Shown here: piece after piece, positions 63,480 through 64,000 of the stretch
Layout: the number at the start of each line of letters is the position of its first letter
Position numbering within the stretch: the stretch's first letter is position 1
Assembly (NCBI RefSeq): GCF_963921235.1
Contig: NC_086097.1
Location: 67,210,001-67,274,000, forward strand
Origin: Mobula hypostoma
Taxonomy: Eukaryota
Direction: 5' to 3'
DNA length: 64,000 bases
The notes under the pieces: model-generated
Database searches by the model: none
Seen by the model: the letters and a program-made list of their open reading frames with translations, nothing else
Told to the model about the DNA's origin: nothing
Position numbers and translations under genes: made by a program

Positions 63480-63830
63480 CATCAGGTATCATAGAATACT
63501 TAAGGTACAGAATAAGACCATTCAGCTCACATGTTAGTGTTATTCAAACCCAATCATGGAGCACCAACATCAATGGGCCAAGCACTTAAGGCTCAAAGTA
63601 CATAGTATCTAAGTACTGTTTGTATTAAAAGGGTTTCTGCCTCTACCACCTTTTCAGACAGCAGGTTCCAGACCCCATCACCCTGTCAGTGAAAAAGATT
63701 TCCTCTGTTCTCCTCTAATCTTTGTATCAATTAATTTACATCTGTGCTTCTGTTTTTTGAGCCTCTGCCACCCAGGCTCCTTATAATTCAATTCATCTCT
63801 TTTAAGTCCCTCCTTAGCCTCCCCATTCCA
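63480..63830 (-). mobile_element. Degraded CR1 3' end
   Basis: GTTCCAGACCCCATCACCCTG..GTGAAAAAGATTTCC is the reverse complement of the CR1 ORF2 end. Confidence 0.65.
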
Positions 63831-64000
63831 AAGGCAACAGCCCCAACTTATACAATCTTACCTCTTAACTATAGACTTGTAGATTTGGCAACGTTCTCAT
63901 TAATCACCTCCCCATTTTCGCCACTTTAATCTCATAGTTCCTGCAATGCAATGAACAGTAACATACACAAAATTCAATTACCATTCAATTACTATTCTGC

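Noticed and set aside
1..64000. CRISPR arrays, rRNA or prokaryotic systems
   Set aside because: The sequence is vertebrate; no repeat-spacer arrays or rRNA-like sequence seen.

Overview
Repeat-rich vertebrate genomic DNA. The repeat mix (HE1-type V-SINEs, Rex1/Babar, CR1, Penelope with hammerhead pseudo-LTRs, Tc1) points to a cartilaginous fish, probably a ray (inference). Two host genes are visible on the + strand. The first is the last coding exon of sorting nexin 6 (6174-6227). The second is a complete sptssa gene: a CpG-island promoter near 15.0-15.6 kb and coding exons 23140-23242 and 29564-29667 (68 aa), joined by a U12-type minor-spliceosome intron. The standout feature is an old Gypsy-type LTR retrotransposon on the minus strand (50727-57161) with two LTRs, PBS, PPT and gag/protease remnants. 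Its RT-RNaseH-integrase region appears to be replaced by an intronless, now decayed copy of the N-terminal part of the host eIF4E-transporter mRNA (4E-T/EIF4ENIF1). An L1 and a Penelope element later inserted into it. Its 5' LTR has kept its CpGs while the 3' LTR has lost them. Also notable is a perfect 101-bp-arm hairpin carrying two opposed minimal hammerhead ribozymes (61458-61667). Protein identifications come from recalled human sequences, not from database searches. Boundaries of degraded repeats are approximate.
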